Shown here piece after piece: positions 39,523 through 48,755 of a stretch of DNA of 64,000 bases. Source of the stretch: Candidatus Woesebacteria bacterium. GTDB lineage: Bacteria; Patescibacteriota; Microgenomatia; UBA1400; PJMF01. Both the position numbers and the translations under genes were made by a program. Numbering within the stretch: the first letter of the stretch is position 1; every line of letters begins with the position of its first letter. The notes under the pieces were generated by a model. The model was given only the letters and a program-made list of their open reading frames with translations, was not told the origin of the DNA and searched no databases. The DNA is taken from the NCBI GenBank assembly GCA_050123235.1, contig JASFHL010000005.1, positions 30,695-94,694 of the forward strand, in the 5' to 3' direction.

Positions 39523-42500
39523 ATGAAATTTTTTAAAAAACCCCTCGTTTTTATTTTTTCTTGTTTTCTTTTTCTTTTAGTTAGCTTATTAGCAAATAAA
39601 AAAATTCATTTTTTTTCTAGCTCAGTTCCTGCTTTTGCTCAAAGCACTGACTCTCAAATTTTGATTAGTGCCAAAGAAGGAGATCAAGGTTTCAAAGCTG
39701 TGATTGCTCAATCTTCTTTGGAGGAGCCAGCTGTTTGGGTTGGAGATCATAAGCTTAATGGTGAGCTTGAATTGAGAGTTTATAAAGCAACGCTTACTTC
39801 CTTACTTGAATATCTAGCCCATGACGAAGATAACAATCAAGTTAATCCTGATGTTAGAGCTTCAGAATTAGAGCAGCTGGTAACTATCAATGAGCCGATT
39901 GCTTTTGCTCAAAAAAAGATTCTTCTTCCTTTGGAAGAAACTGGAGTCTGGTATTTGGAAGCTAGATTTAAAGGAGAAACTTGGGTAGGTAAGACTTTTT
40001 TGATTCGTTCTAAAACAGGAGTTTTAGTTAAAGAAGGAAATAATGAGCTTATCTTTTGGGGTCAAGATTATGCTAGTAAAAGAAGTATCAATCAAGGAGA
40101 AGTCACAGTTTATAATTTGGAAAATTCTATTCAAACTCTTGCTCAGAGTAATTTTAATCAAGATGGCGTTGCTAAAACAGGGATTAGCACTGATGCTGAT
40201 ATAGCTATTTTTAAAAATGGTAATGACATATCCCTGACGCCGATTAATCTACGTTTCTTAGAAGGCAACTGGGGTTACAATTTTTTTACTCCCAAAGAAA
40301 GAAAAGCCAAGTTTTTCACTTTTACTGATAGACCGCTTTATAAACCAGGAGACGTGATTAAATTTAAATCAATTATTAGAGACGATGATGATGCGGTCTA
40401 TTCTATTCCCAAAGGTTTAGCTCAAGTGAAGATTTATTCAGATGATTATGACAATCCTGTTTTTGTAGACAATTTTCCTATTACTGATGAAGGCAGCATC
40501 GCTGGTGAAGTAACACTGCCGGCTGATGCAAGTACAGATTATTATTATCTAGAGGTAAACTTAGATGCAACAGAAGAAGCTGACTATTATAATTATAATT
40601 TACGTGATTATGTTTATTTTCAGGTGGAGCATTATCGAAAACCAGAATATTCAATAGACATTGAAGCAGAAGAATCAGAGTTAATAGCTGGTGATAGTTC
40701 CTCTTTTACTATCACAGGTAGTTATTTCTTTGGAGAACCAATTAGCAAGCAAACTGTGAAGTATAAAATTTATTCAGCTCCTTATTGGTCTTCTGATTAT
40801 TACGGGCAAAGAAAAATTGAATTAAGTGACAATTATCGCTATGGATATTACTGGGGTAAAGAAGTGACTAGTGGTACGGCTGTGTTTAACAGTCAGGGTG
40901 AAGCAGTGATTGATTTTGAAGCTCTACTACCTGAAATAGATGCAACAGCTTCTTCTTATACCTCAAATACGTCCAAGAAAAGCCAAATTTATGCAATTGA
41001 AGCAGAGTTTGATGACGGTTCAGGAAATTCAGTTTTTGCTAGAAAAAATATTTTAGTGCGTAATGGTGAGTTTGGCATTTTTAAGAAAAACTATCAAAGT
41101 ACTGCGCTACTTAATCAAGAAATAGATGTTCCAATCAAACTAGTAGCTTATCAAGATGATGTTCAAATAAGTAAAATTGATTTAACTGTCAAGCCTGTGC
41201 ATCAAACTTGGGTGCGTGAAGAAGTAGAAGGTCAGAAATATCCTCGTTTTCGTGAAGAAAAAAAAGAGTTAAAAGAATTTTCTATAGTTACAGATAAACA
41301 AGGTGAGGCCACTATTAAGTTCACTCCTGAAAAGCTTGGTTCTTATGTGATGACAGTAGTGGCAGAAGATTCCAGGGGCAACCAAATCTCTAAAGATTTT
41401 TATTTTTGGATTACTGATGAAAAACAAGCTGTTTTCAGTGGTCAATATGAACAACATCTTGATATCCAAATTGATAAAGAAGAATATCAATTTCAAGACA
41501 CAGTCAAGGCAATTATTTCTTCTTCTGAGCCAGATAGGGATCTTTTCTTATCATTTGAAAGAGATGGGGTGAGGCGTTTTCAAACAGTTAAACTTCATGC
41601 TCAGACAGCCACTGTTGAACTGCCTTTGCAACAGACAGATATGCCGAATATTTTTTTATCAGTAGCAAGTTTTACCAAAGGACGCTTAGATAGTAACAAT
41701 CGAGTTGTTCATGTATCCCCTGATCCTCAAAAATTAACTGTTGAAATTAAAGCTAATAAAGAACGATATGTGCCTGCAGAAACAGTGACGCTTGATATTT
41801 TTACTAAAGATTTTGCTGGTAATGCTATCCCTGCTGAGACTGCAGTTTGGGTAGTTGATAAAGCAATCTTTGAATTGACTAATCAAGGAACAGCTGATAT
41901 TTTTAATCGCTTTTGGAGTGAACGTTATTTAAATACAGCAAAGTCTCACTCTTTAGAAGGCATTTTTATGATGAATATGGGAGGTGGCGGTGGCTGTTTT
42001 ACAGGAGATACTCAGATTTCTATTGCTAACGGAAAGGACAAGGCAATCAAAGATATTAAAATTGGCGATCAAGTTTTAACAAAGAAGAATCCCAATGATA
42101 AGCCAAAAGCAACTAAAGTAACTAAAGTTTTTGAGCATCAAGTTGCTGGCTATTTCTTAGTCAATGCTTCGCTTAAAGTTACCCCAGAGCACATCATGTG
42201 GATCAATGATCGCTGGCAAACTGCCTCTCATTTAAAAATAGGCGATAAGCTTAGGGACAGTCAGAATAATGAAATAGAAGTAGTTTCACTGGAATGGCAA
42301 GATGGCTTATTTAAGGTTTTTAACTTAGAAGTAGAAAATGCTCATACTTTTTTTGCCAATGATATCTGGGTACATAATCAGAAAGGTGATGGTGGTGGTA
42401 GAAAAATTTTTGAAGATACAGCTTATTGGAATCCTTTTGTTAAAACTGACGCCAATGGTCATGCTCAAATTACTTTTAAATTGCCAGACAATTTAACTAC

Positions 42501-44670
42501 CTGGGTGATTAGTTCAGTCGGAGCTACCCAAGATACTAAAGTCGGTCAAAGTACTCAAGAGATTCTTGTTTCCAAGAGTGTTGTTTTAAGGCCAATTTTA
42601 CCTAATCTTTTACTTATAGAAGACGAAATCGTAATCCCTGCTATTCTTCACAACTTCACTGATGAAGATCATGAGTTTAAAGTAAACTTAGAGACTGATA
42701 GTGCAGAGATTTTAGATCAAAATAAACAAACAGTGATAGTAAAATCAGGCGAGTTTGCCCAAGTAGCTTGGCATTTAAAAGCAAGTCAAGCAAATGAAGT
42801 AGCAGCTTTTACTTTTTCAGCCCAAGCAAGTGATAATCAGGAGCTATCAGATATTATCACTCGTAAGATTCCAGTAAGAAAGTTTGGTTTTTGGGAGAAA
42901 ACAGGTGAAAATTCAGAAGGTTCTGGTAGCTTTACTCTTAGCTTAAATCCAGATAGTGATAGAGAAAAATCTAAATTCACGCTTTTGCTCAGTCCAAGTC
43001 TGATTTCCAGCTTACCTTCTGCTATGAAATATTTAGTAGATTATCCTTACGGTTGCACAGAACAAACTACCAGCCGTTTTGTGCCAGCTGTGATTGCTAA
43101 GGAAAACCCGCAGCTTTTTGCTGAGGCTCTGAAAGATAAGGATCTTGATGCCATTATTAATAAATCTATTAGCAAATTAGCTGATCATCAACAAAGTGAT
43201 GGCGGTTGGTCTTGGTGGTCGAATGGCGAGAGTGATTATTTTGTCACAGCCTATGTTTTAGAGTATTTACTGAGGGCAGAAAAATTAGGATTTGATGTAA
43301 ACTATTTCATTAAAAATCAGGCAAAGCGTTTTCTTTCTACATTGAGACAAGAAGATCGGGAAAAAGCTGCTAATCCTTCAGCTGAAGAGTTGAGAGAGTC
43401 TATTGAGGAATTGATTATTAGATCCTATGCTCTTTCCCTCTTAGGAGAGAGATTGGAAAGCTTTCACGGTTTTGAAGGTTTAAGTCCGGATATTTTAGCT
43501 CTAGCAGTAATGAGTAACTTTAATAATGGTAATACTGATCCTCAAACTAATGGTCTGGATTATCTTTTATCTTTGGCCAAAGAACAAGGAGATAGTTTAT
43601 ATTGGCCAGCTGGTAAAAGTAGATACTTTGGTTCTCAAGCTGCCTCTACAGCTTTAGCTATTAAAGCACTTGCTAAGGCGAATTATCAATTGCCAAAGGC
43701 TGGTCAAGCAGTTAAGTTTTTATTAAAGAATCGTAAGAATCGTTATTGGGCAAACACCTTTGCTACTGCACAAATTGTGCAAGCTGCAGTTGATTTTGCT
43801 CATAGTAGCGAGCAAACTAATCCTGATTTTAGTTTCACAGTTTCTTTAGACAACCAGCAACTTCATCAAGCCCTAGTCAATGATTCGATGCAAGAATTAG
43901 AAGCAGTGGAGATTAAAGGTACAGATTTAGCAGCAGCCACTGCTCAGTTAGCTGTTGAAAGATCAGCTGGCCCAGGTCAATTGTATTTCACCCTCTTGAC
44001 CGAAGAATTCCGTACCAATAAAAACGCTGACGCAGTCAGTCATGGCATCAATATCAAGCGTAAATATGTCAATACCAAGGGTGAAGATTATTCAATTGGC
44101 GTAGGAGATATTATTAATGTTGAGCTCACAGTAGGTGGCCTAAATAGTACAGACTATTATGCAGTGATTGAAGATCAATTACCAGCCGGTATGCTGCCAA
44201 TTAATAAGAAGCTTAAGAGTGAACAATTTACTCAAGAAACAGACAATTACTATAGCACAGCAGGGCAAGAGGTGACTGAAAATGGGATGATTATTTCTTT
44301 ATATAGAATCAGTCCAAAAGAAAAAATTTATACTTATCAAGCTCGAGTAGTTAATCAAGGCAAATTCATTGCTCCGCCAGCTAAAGTTTTCTTGATGTAT
44401 TCTCCTGAAATCTATGCTAGGACTACAACTGAAACAGTAGAAATTATGGCAGAGTCTAAAGCTAGCGGGTTCAAGCGAATCCAGGAATTGATTGGCGCTG
44501 ATAGACAGCCAATAGTGCTAATTCTTCTTATTTTAATTATTCTGCTTAGCCTATCGTTAATTGGATTTTTGATTTTGAAGAAAAAAAGACCGGCTACTTT
44601 TAAAAAATTGAAGAGTAAAATTTTAGCTTTGAAAAAAGTTCGAAAGAAAGATAATTCAGAAAAGAATTAA
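39523..44670 (+). CDS. Alpha-2-macroglobulin family thioester protein with internal Hint domain and C-terminal TM anchor
   Basis: FTDRPLYKPGD, YRKPEY, F.DTAYW, LPDNLTTW, thioester YPYGCTEQ (C1178, 43054-43065), QQSDGGWSWW, EDQLPAG, MYSPE. Confidence 0.95.
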   Translation: MKFFKKPLVFIFSCFLFLLVSLLANKKIHFFSSSVPAFAQSTDSQILISAKEGDQGFKAVIAQSSLEEPAVWVGDHKLNGELELRVYKATLTSLLEYLAHDEDNNQVNPDVRASELEQLVTINEPIAFAQKKILLPLEETGVWYLEARFKGETWVGKTFLIRSKTGVLVKEGNNELIFWGQDYASKRSINQGEVTVYNLENSIQTLAQSNFNQDGVAKTGISTDADIAIFKNGNDISLTPINLRFLEGNWGYNFFTPKERKAKFFTFTDRPLYKPGDVIKFKSIIRDDDDAVYSIPKGLAQVKIYSDDYDNPVFVDNFPITDEGSIAGEVTLPADASTDYYYLEVNLDATEEADYYNYNLRDYVYFQVEHYRKPEYSIDIEAEESELIAGDSSSFTITGSYFFGEPISKQTVKYKIYSAPYWSSDYYGQRKIELSDNYRYGYYWGKEVTSGTAVFNSQGEAVIDFEALLPEIDATASSYTSNTSKKSQIYAIEAEFDDGSGNSVFARKNILVRNGEFGIFKKNYQSTALLNQEIDVPIKLVAYQDDVQISKIDLTVKPVHQTWVREEVEGQKYPRFREEKKELKEFSIVTDKQGEATIKFTPEKLGSYVMTVVAEDSRGNQISKDFYFWITDEKQAVFSGQYEQHLDIQIDKEEYQFQDTVKAIISSSEPDRDLFLSFERDGVRRFQTVKLHAQTATVELPLQQTDMPNIFLSVASFTKGRLDSNNRVVHVSPDPQKLTVEIKANKERYVPAETVTLDIFTKDFAGNAIPAETAVWVVDKAIFELTNQGTADIFNRFWSERYLNTAKSHSLEGIFMMNMGGGGGCFTGDTQISIANGKDKAIKDIKIGDQVLTKKNPNDKPKATKVTKVFEHQVAGYFLVNASLKVTPEHIMWINDRWQTASHLKIGDKLRDSQNNEIEVVSLEWQDGLFKVFNLEVENAHTFFANDIWVHNQKGDGGGRKIFEDTAYWNPFVKTDANGHAQITFKLPDNLTTWVISSVGATQDTKVGQSTQEILVSKSVVLRPILPNLLLIEDEIVIPAILHNFTDEDHEFKVNLETDSAEILDQNKQTVIVKSGEFAQVAWHLKASQANEVAAFTFSAQASDNQELSDIITRKIPVRKFGFWEKTGENSEGSGSFTLSLNPDSDREKSKFTLLLSPSLISSLPSAMKYLVDYPYGCTEQTTSRFVPAVIAKENPQLFAEALKDKDLDAIINKSISKLADHQQSDGGWSWWSNGESDYFVTAYVLEYLLRAEKLGFDVNYFIKNQAKRFLSTLRQEDREKAANPSAEELRESIEELIIRSYALSLLGERLESFHGFEGLSPDILALAVMSNFNNGNTDPQTNGLDYLLSLAKEQGDSLYWPAGKSRYFGSQAASTALAIKALAKANYQLPKAGQAVKFLLKNRKNRYWANTFATAQIVQAAVDFAHSSEQTNPDFSFTVSLDNQQLHQALVNDSMQELEAVEIKGTDLAAATAQLAVERSAGPGQLYFTLLTEEFRTNKNADAVSHGINIKRKYVNTKGEDYSIGVGDIINVELTVGGLNSTDYYAVIEDQLPAGMLPINKKLKSEQFTQETDNYYSTAGQEVTENGMIISLYRISPKEKIYTYQARVVNQGKFIAPPAKVFLMYSPEIYARTTTETVEIMAESKASGFKRIQELIGADRQPIVLILLILIILLSLSLIGFLILKKKRPATFKKLKSKILALKKVRKKDNSEKN
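41995..42378 (+). other. Hint (BIL/mini-intein-like) domain, residues 825-952 of the alpha-2-macroglobulin
   Basis: Block A CFTGDT, block B VTPEH, block F VFNLEV..AHTFFAN, block G VHN; next residue Gln; no endonuclease domain. Confidence 0.92.
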
Positions 44671-44755
44671 TTTGATTATCATGACTAGAGTTATTGCAAA
44701 ATAAGAAATTTTATTGTAGTAAATGTAAGTGACTAAATCCTATTTCGCAATAATT

Positions 44756-45148
44756 CTACTTTTTTTCGCAAATCTCTTGTTGAAATTTTTTGTTATATCT
44801 ATCAAACAATTTTTGAAATTCCTGATGAAGCTCTTCCATGACTGTATCTTCCACATTTTCTATGTTGAGTAATTTAGTTCTAGCCCCTTTGACTGCTCTA
44901 ATTAACTCATCTAGTTTGAGATGAATGGCTCTACTATCCCTGTTTTGTGTATTTTGAATTAAAAATACCATTAAAAAAGTAATGATAGTGGTAGTAGTAT
45001 TAATTACCAATTGCCATGTGTCAGAAAAATTAAAAATCGGCCCAGTGATAAGCCAAAGTGCAATAATACTTATGGCTATAAAAAACGCCCAAACTGTCCC
45101 TACAGTGTGAGCAATCTTGTTTGCTAGTTTTCTAAAAATATTGTGCAT
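44756..45148 (-). CDS. Low-affinity iron permease family protein
   Basis: FSDTWQLVINTTTTIITFLMVFLIQNTQNRD..AIHLKLDELIRA. Confidence 0.92.
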   Translation of the reverse strand: MHNIFRKLANKIAHTVGTVWAFFIAISIIALWLITGPIFNFSDTWQLVINTTTTIITFLMVFLIQNTQNRDSRAIHLKLDELIRAVKGARTKLLNIENVEDTVMEELHQEFQKLFDRYNKKFQQEICEKK

Positions 45149-45241
45149 AAGTCAGCTTACTGCAGCTAGTTAAAAAAATTTTAAAAAAATAAATTGCTTT
45201 GTTTTCATCTTGCTGAGTTCCTTTCAGATACCATTATATTT

Positions 45242-45264
45242 AAAAAACGTGCCTAATGCACGTT
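45242..45264 (-). terminator. Candidate intrinsic terminator
   Basis: Minus strand AACGTGC-ATTAG-GCACGTT followed by T-run. Confidence 0.5.
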
Positions 45265-45392
45265 CTAAAAATGATTTAATTTTTGTTTTTTACAGTCTAG
45301 TTTGGTGGAAAGGCGTTTCCTAGTTAAACTGCTCTTTGATACTTAGAGTTGCCTTACACCTGACAAAAGTTTATATTAAATTCTTTGTTCTA

Positions 45393-45647
45393 TTATTCTT
45401 CTTCACTAGCTTCTAGAAATTCTGCTTGTTGCATTTTTTGTAGAGAACCCTGAATTAAATTATGATAGTGACTAGTCCCTACTTCTAGTCCACTTGGATT
45501 GCTGACGAGAGAAACAGCTAAATTATGAATAGCTTGTTCGTTCAAAGGAACCTCAAACTTAGACAACAATAACTTTACATTCTGAATTTCTTTATTTTTA
45601 ATAGCATTAATAAAAATATCTTTATAAGTTTTGCTATTGTTTCTCAT
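45393..45647 (-). CDS. Hypothetical protein
   Basis: 84-aa ORF with strong SD AAAGGAGG. Confidence 0.6.
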   Translation of the reverse strand: MRNNSKTYKDIFINAIKNKEIQNVKLLLSKFEVPLNEQAIHNLAVSLVSNPSGLEVGTSHYHNLIQGSLQKMQQAEFLEASEEE

Positions 45648-45786
45648 TGTCCTCCTTTCTAGATTTCTAAATATTCTATGGTCAGTTATGATTTCTGATA
45701 ATATACATCTTGTTTGTTTAAATTAAGACTTGTCTTTTTCATATATAAAGAGTATATTTCAAAAAATAAAACAATTTGTTTTATTT

Positions 45787-46860
45787 ATGAAAACAAAATT
45801 ACACACTCATGCTTCATTGGTAGCTAAACGGATTAAGAGAGCAAGGATTAAAGCTGGTTTATCTCAACAAGAACTAGGGGAATTAGTTTTTAAAACAGGA
45901 GCTGCGATTGGTTATATTGAAAGAGGTTATCGCGGCGTTAATGTCGAAGATCTAGTTCGATTTTCCAAAGTACTGAATGTCCCCATTGATTATTTTTTTT
46001 CTCAAAAAATCACCAGTGATTTAGTTCTTCAAGAAACTTTAGATAAGTTACAGCAACATATAGCTAAATTGAACACTACCCTTCTAACTGAGAATCAAAT
46101 AATCGAGGAGCTGATCAGAGATTTACCAAGAGCAGAAGAGTTGAGATTAATTACAGAAGCTTCTATTAATCCAATTTTATTAATTTCTCAGACAGGAAAA
46201 ATTCTATATGTTACTCGCTCAATTAAAGATATGATTGGCTTTAGAGCAAAAGATTTACTTGGTAAATCTCATCTTTTAATAGTGCCTAAAGAGAGAAAAC
46301 AGCAGTGCAAACAAAATTTGAATAAATTATTTACAAAACAAAAGCGTTTGCAATATGAAAGCCAATTGCAACATCTTAATACTGCTCTTATTGATGTTGA
46401 GATTAATGCTGGTGTAATTAAAAAAGATGGCAAACTAATGGTTCATGCTATCTTACGTAATATTACTGATAGAAAGAAGATTCAACACCAGTTGGCAGCA
46501 ATGAAAAAACAGTGTGTTTCTATTTTTGATAATATTCCAACCATGATTTTAGCTCTTGATGAAAAAATGAATATTGTGATCTGGAATAAAGAGTGTGAGG
46601 AAATTACTGCTTATTCTAAAGAAGAAATCATTGCTAATGGCAATGCATTCCATTTGATTTTTGCTGATTTAATTTTAGAAAAGAAATCAACAAAGGAGTT
46701 TATTAAAACCATTAAAAACCAAAGTAAAGTTGATAATAGGAAACTAAGAGTTCATTGTAAGAATGGCACAGTTAAGGAAATGACTGTATCAATTGTTGCT
46801 GATCAAGATTTTACTATTGATCATAAAAATTGCTTAGTGTTTGCTTTAAAGGAATCATAG
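45787..46860 (+). CDS. XRE-family HTH regulator with two PAS domains
   Basis: RIKRARIKAGLSQQELG..IGYIERG; PAS ends RNITDRKK; second PAS IWNKECEEITAYSKEE; ATG 45787 preferred. Confidence 0.85.
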   Translation: MKTKLHTHASLVAKRIKRARIKAGLSQQELGELVFKTGAAIGYIERGYRGVNVEDLVRFSKVLNVPIDYFFSQKITSDLVLQETLDKLQQHIAKLNTTLLTENQIIEELIRDLPRAEELRLITEASINPILLISQTGKILYVTRSIKDMIGFRAKDLLGKSHLLIVPKERKQQCKQNLNKLFTKQKRLQYESQLQHLNTALIDVEINAGVIKKDGKLMVHAILRNITDRKKIQHQLAAMKKQCVSIFDNIPTMILALDEKMNIVIWNKECEEITAYSKEEIIANGNAFHLIFADLILEKKSTKEFIKTIKNQSKVDNRKLRVHCKNGTVKEMTVSIVADQDFTIDHKNCLVFALKES

Positions 46861-47310
46861 ATGCTTTTACTTCATAGTTGTTGTGCTGATTGTACTATTA
46901 AGTTTCTTAAATCATTAGAATATGATTCAACCGCTAAAGTAGCTAGAGTTGCTCTATTTTTTTACAATCCAAATATTCATCCTAGATCAGAGTATTTATC
47001 TAGGCTGGCTGCCTTAAAAAATTTTTTTGCTAATCAGAAATTAAAAGTTATTATTTTTAATTGGCGACCAAGTGAGTATTTCAAAAAGATAATAAAGTTG
47101 AAAGATTCTCAAGAAAATAAAAAAATTTTTATTGAGAAAAAAGATCGCTGTCCTCTTTGCTGGCATTTAAGATTAGAAAAAGCTTTCCAATATGCTAAGG
47201 AGCACGATTATCAAGAATTATCTTCAACTTTGCTAAGCAGTTCTTATCAAAATCAAAAAAAGATTTTAGCTATAGCCAAAAAATTGGCAAAAAAATATAA
47301 AGTTAAATAG
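46861..47310 (+). pseudogene. queH: C-terminally truncated epoxyqueuosine reductase QueH (DUF208)
   Basis: LLHSCCADC, FFYNPNIHP..EY..R, RC..C...RL; the C-terminal Y.Q.YCGC motif is absent in all frames. Confidence 0.75.
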
Positions 47311-47339
47311 ATTACCAATTCCTGTTTTCTAGCAAAAGA

Positions 47340-47369
47340 TTGACAAAACAAATCACTGTTTGTTAAACT
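47340..47369 (+). promoter_or_regulatory. leu operon promoter
   Basis: TTGACA-N18-TAAACT with a TG extension. Confidence 0.6.
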
Positions 47370-47395
47370 ACAAATTATTCTGATGAATAATTAAT

Positions 47396-47452
47396 ATGCA
47401 AATCAATAAATTTAAAAACAATCAGCTTCTCCTTATTCTTACTATTCCGTAA
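47396..47452 (+). CDS. leuL: leu leader peptide MQINKFKNNQLLLILTIP*
   Basis: CTT CTC CTT ATT CTT ACT ATT codon cluster immediately before alternative hairpins. Confidence 0.85.
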   Translation: MQINKFKNNQLLLILTIP

Positions 47453-47532
47453 GGACGGAGTTGTGATTGTTAGGCAACCTCCGTCAGGAGGTTTTTTTAA
47501 TTTTAAAACCTCCAAAAAACGGGGGTTTTTTT
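47446..47532 (+). promoter_or_regulatory. leu transcription attenuator with two tandem terminators
   Basis: Antiterminator GACGGAGTTG/CAACCTCCGTC; terminator 1 AACCTCC-GTCA-GGAGGTT+T; terminator 2 AAAACCTCC-N7-GGGGGTTTT+T. Confidence 0.85.
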
Positions 47533-47574
47533 ATATAGAATGCTAAAAATTAATTTTTCAAAAAAAGGAAATTT

Positions 47575-48753
47575 ATGAAAAAACAATTTAAAAAAAACAA
47601 ATTGATAATTTTCGATACTACTCTCCGTGATGGAGAACAAGTACCAGGAGCTAAATTAAACACAGAAGAAAAAGTGATTATTGCCAAGCAACTAGAAAAG
47701 CTAGGTGTAGATGTGATAGAAGCTGGTTTTCCTATCTCCAGTCCTGAAGACTTTCGATCAGTTAATGAAGTTGCTAAAAAAATAAAGCATGCTGTAGTTT
47801 GTGGATTAACTAGAGCAGTAAAGAAAGATATTGAAGTGGCAGCAGAGGCCTTGCAGACAGCAAAGTTTCCTAGAATTCATACTGGGATTGGTGCCTCTGA
47901 TGTTCACATTAAACATAAATTCAAATCAACTAGGAAAAGAGTACTTGAGCAAGCTATTAAGGCAGTCAAGTATGCCAAAAAATTTGTTGATGATGTGGAA
48001 TTTTATGCTGAGGATGCTGGTCGAGCTAATGATAAATTCTTGTCTAAGATGGTTGAGGCCGTGATTGCAGCTGGAGCTACTACTGTCAATATTCCTGATA
48101 CTACAGGTTACTGTTTCCCAGAAGAATTTGCTGCAAAAATCAATTATCTTTTTGAGAATGTCAAAGGTATTGATCAGGCTGTGATTAGTGTTCATTGCCA
48201 TAACGATTTAGGTTTAGCCACAGCTAATAGTATTGCTGCTATTCAAGCAGGAGCAAGACAAGTTGAAGTCACCATTAATGGCATTGGTGAACGGGCAGGA
48301 AATACAGCCTTAGAGGAAGTGGTGATGGCAATGGAAACACGGGCCAAACAAAACTTGGATATTGATATTCAAACTAAAGAAATATCTAAGACTTCTAGCT
48401 TGGTTTCAGAAACGATGGGTATTCCAATTCAACCTAATAAAGCAATTGTTGGAGCCAATGCTTTTGCTCATTCTTCTGGAATTCACCAAGATGGTTTGCT
48501 CAAAAAAAGACAAAATTATGAAATCATTAATCCCAAGACAGTTGGGATTAATAGTTCTAAGATTATTCTAACTGCTCGTTCTGGCAGAGCTGCCTTGAGA
48601 TTCAGATTAGCTGAGTTAGGTTTTGCAATGGAAAAAGAAGAGATCAGTAATATTTATGGAGATTTTCTCAAAATAGCTGATAGCAAAAAAGAAGTGACAA
48701 ATAAAGACTTAAAAGAACTTATTAAAACAGTTGGATTGCAAAAGGGAGCTTGA
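47575..48753 (+). CDS. leuA: 2-isopropylmalate synthase, short form without regulatory domain
   Basis: [31 protein letters not shown]; ends at 392 aa. Confidence 0.95.
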   Translation: MKKQFKKNKLIIFDTTLRDGEQVPGAKLNTEEKVIIAKQLEKLGVDVIEAGFPISSPEDFRSVNEVAKKIKHAVVCGLTRAVKKDIEVAAEALQTAKFPRIHTGIGASDVHIKHKFKSTRKRVLEQAIKAVKYAKKFVDDVEFYAEDAGRANDKFLSKMVEAVIAAGATTVNIPDTTGYCFPEEFAAKINYLFENVKGIDQAVISVHCHNDLGLATANSIAAIQAGARQVEVTINGIGERAGNTALEEVVMAMETRAKQNLDIDIQTKEISKTSSLVSETMGIPIQPNKAIVGANAFAHSSGIHQDGLLKKRQNYEIINPKTVGINSSKIILTARSGRAALRFRLAELGFAMEKEEISNIYGDFLKIADSKKEVTNKDLKELIKTVGLQKGA

Positions 48754-48755
48754 TT

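Noticed and set aside
41995-42378. Canonical selfish intein in the A2M
   Set aside because: The +1 residue is Gln, there is no endonuclease, and it sits in a Gly-rich linker of a secreted protein rather than a conserved active-site motif. A BIL-type Hint fits better.
45290-45365. Possible riboswitch or structured RNA upstream of the iron permease
   Set aside because: Only short imperfect stems (GGAAA-GGCG-TTTCC) and no recognisable aptamer consensus.
28913-47000. Prophage or integrative element at tRNA-Ser
   Set aside because: No integrase, no phage genes and no duplicated tRNA 3' end (attR) seen.
47308-47370. Stop-codon readthrough or frameshift completing QueH
   Set aside because: No downstream frame encodes the YCGC-type C-terminal motif.
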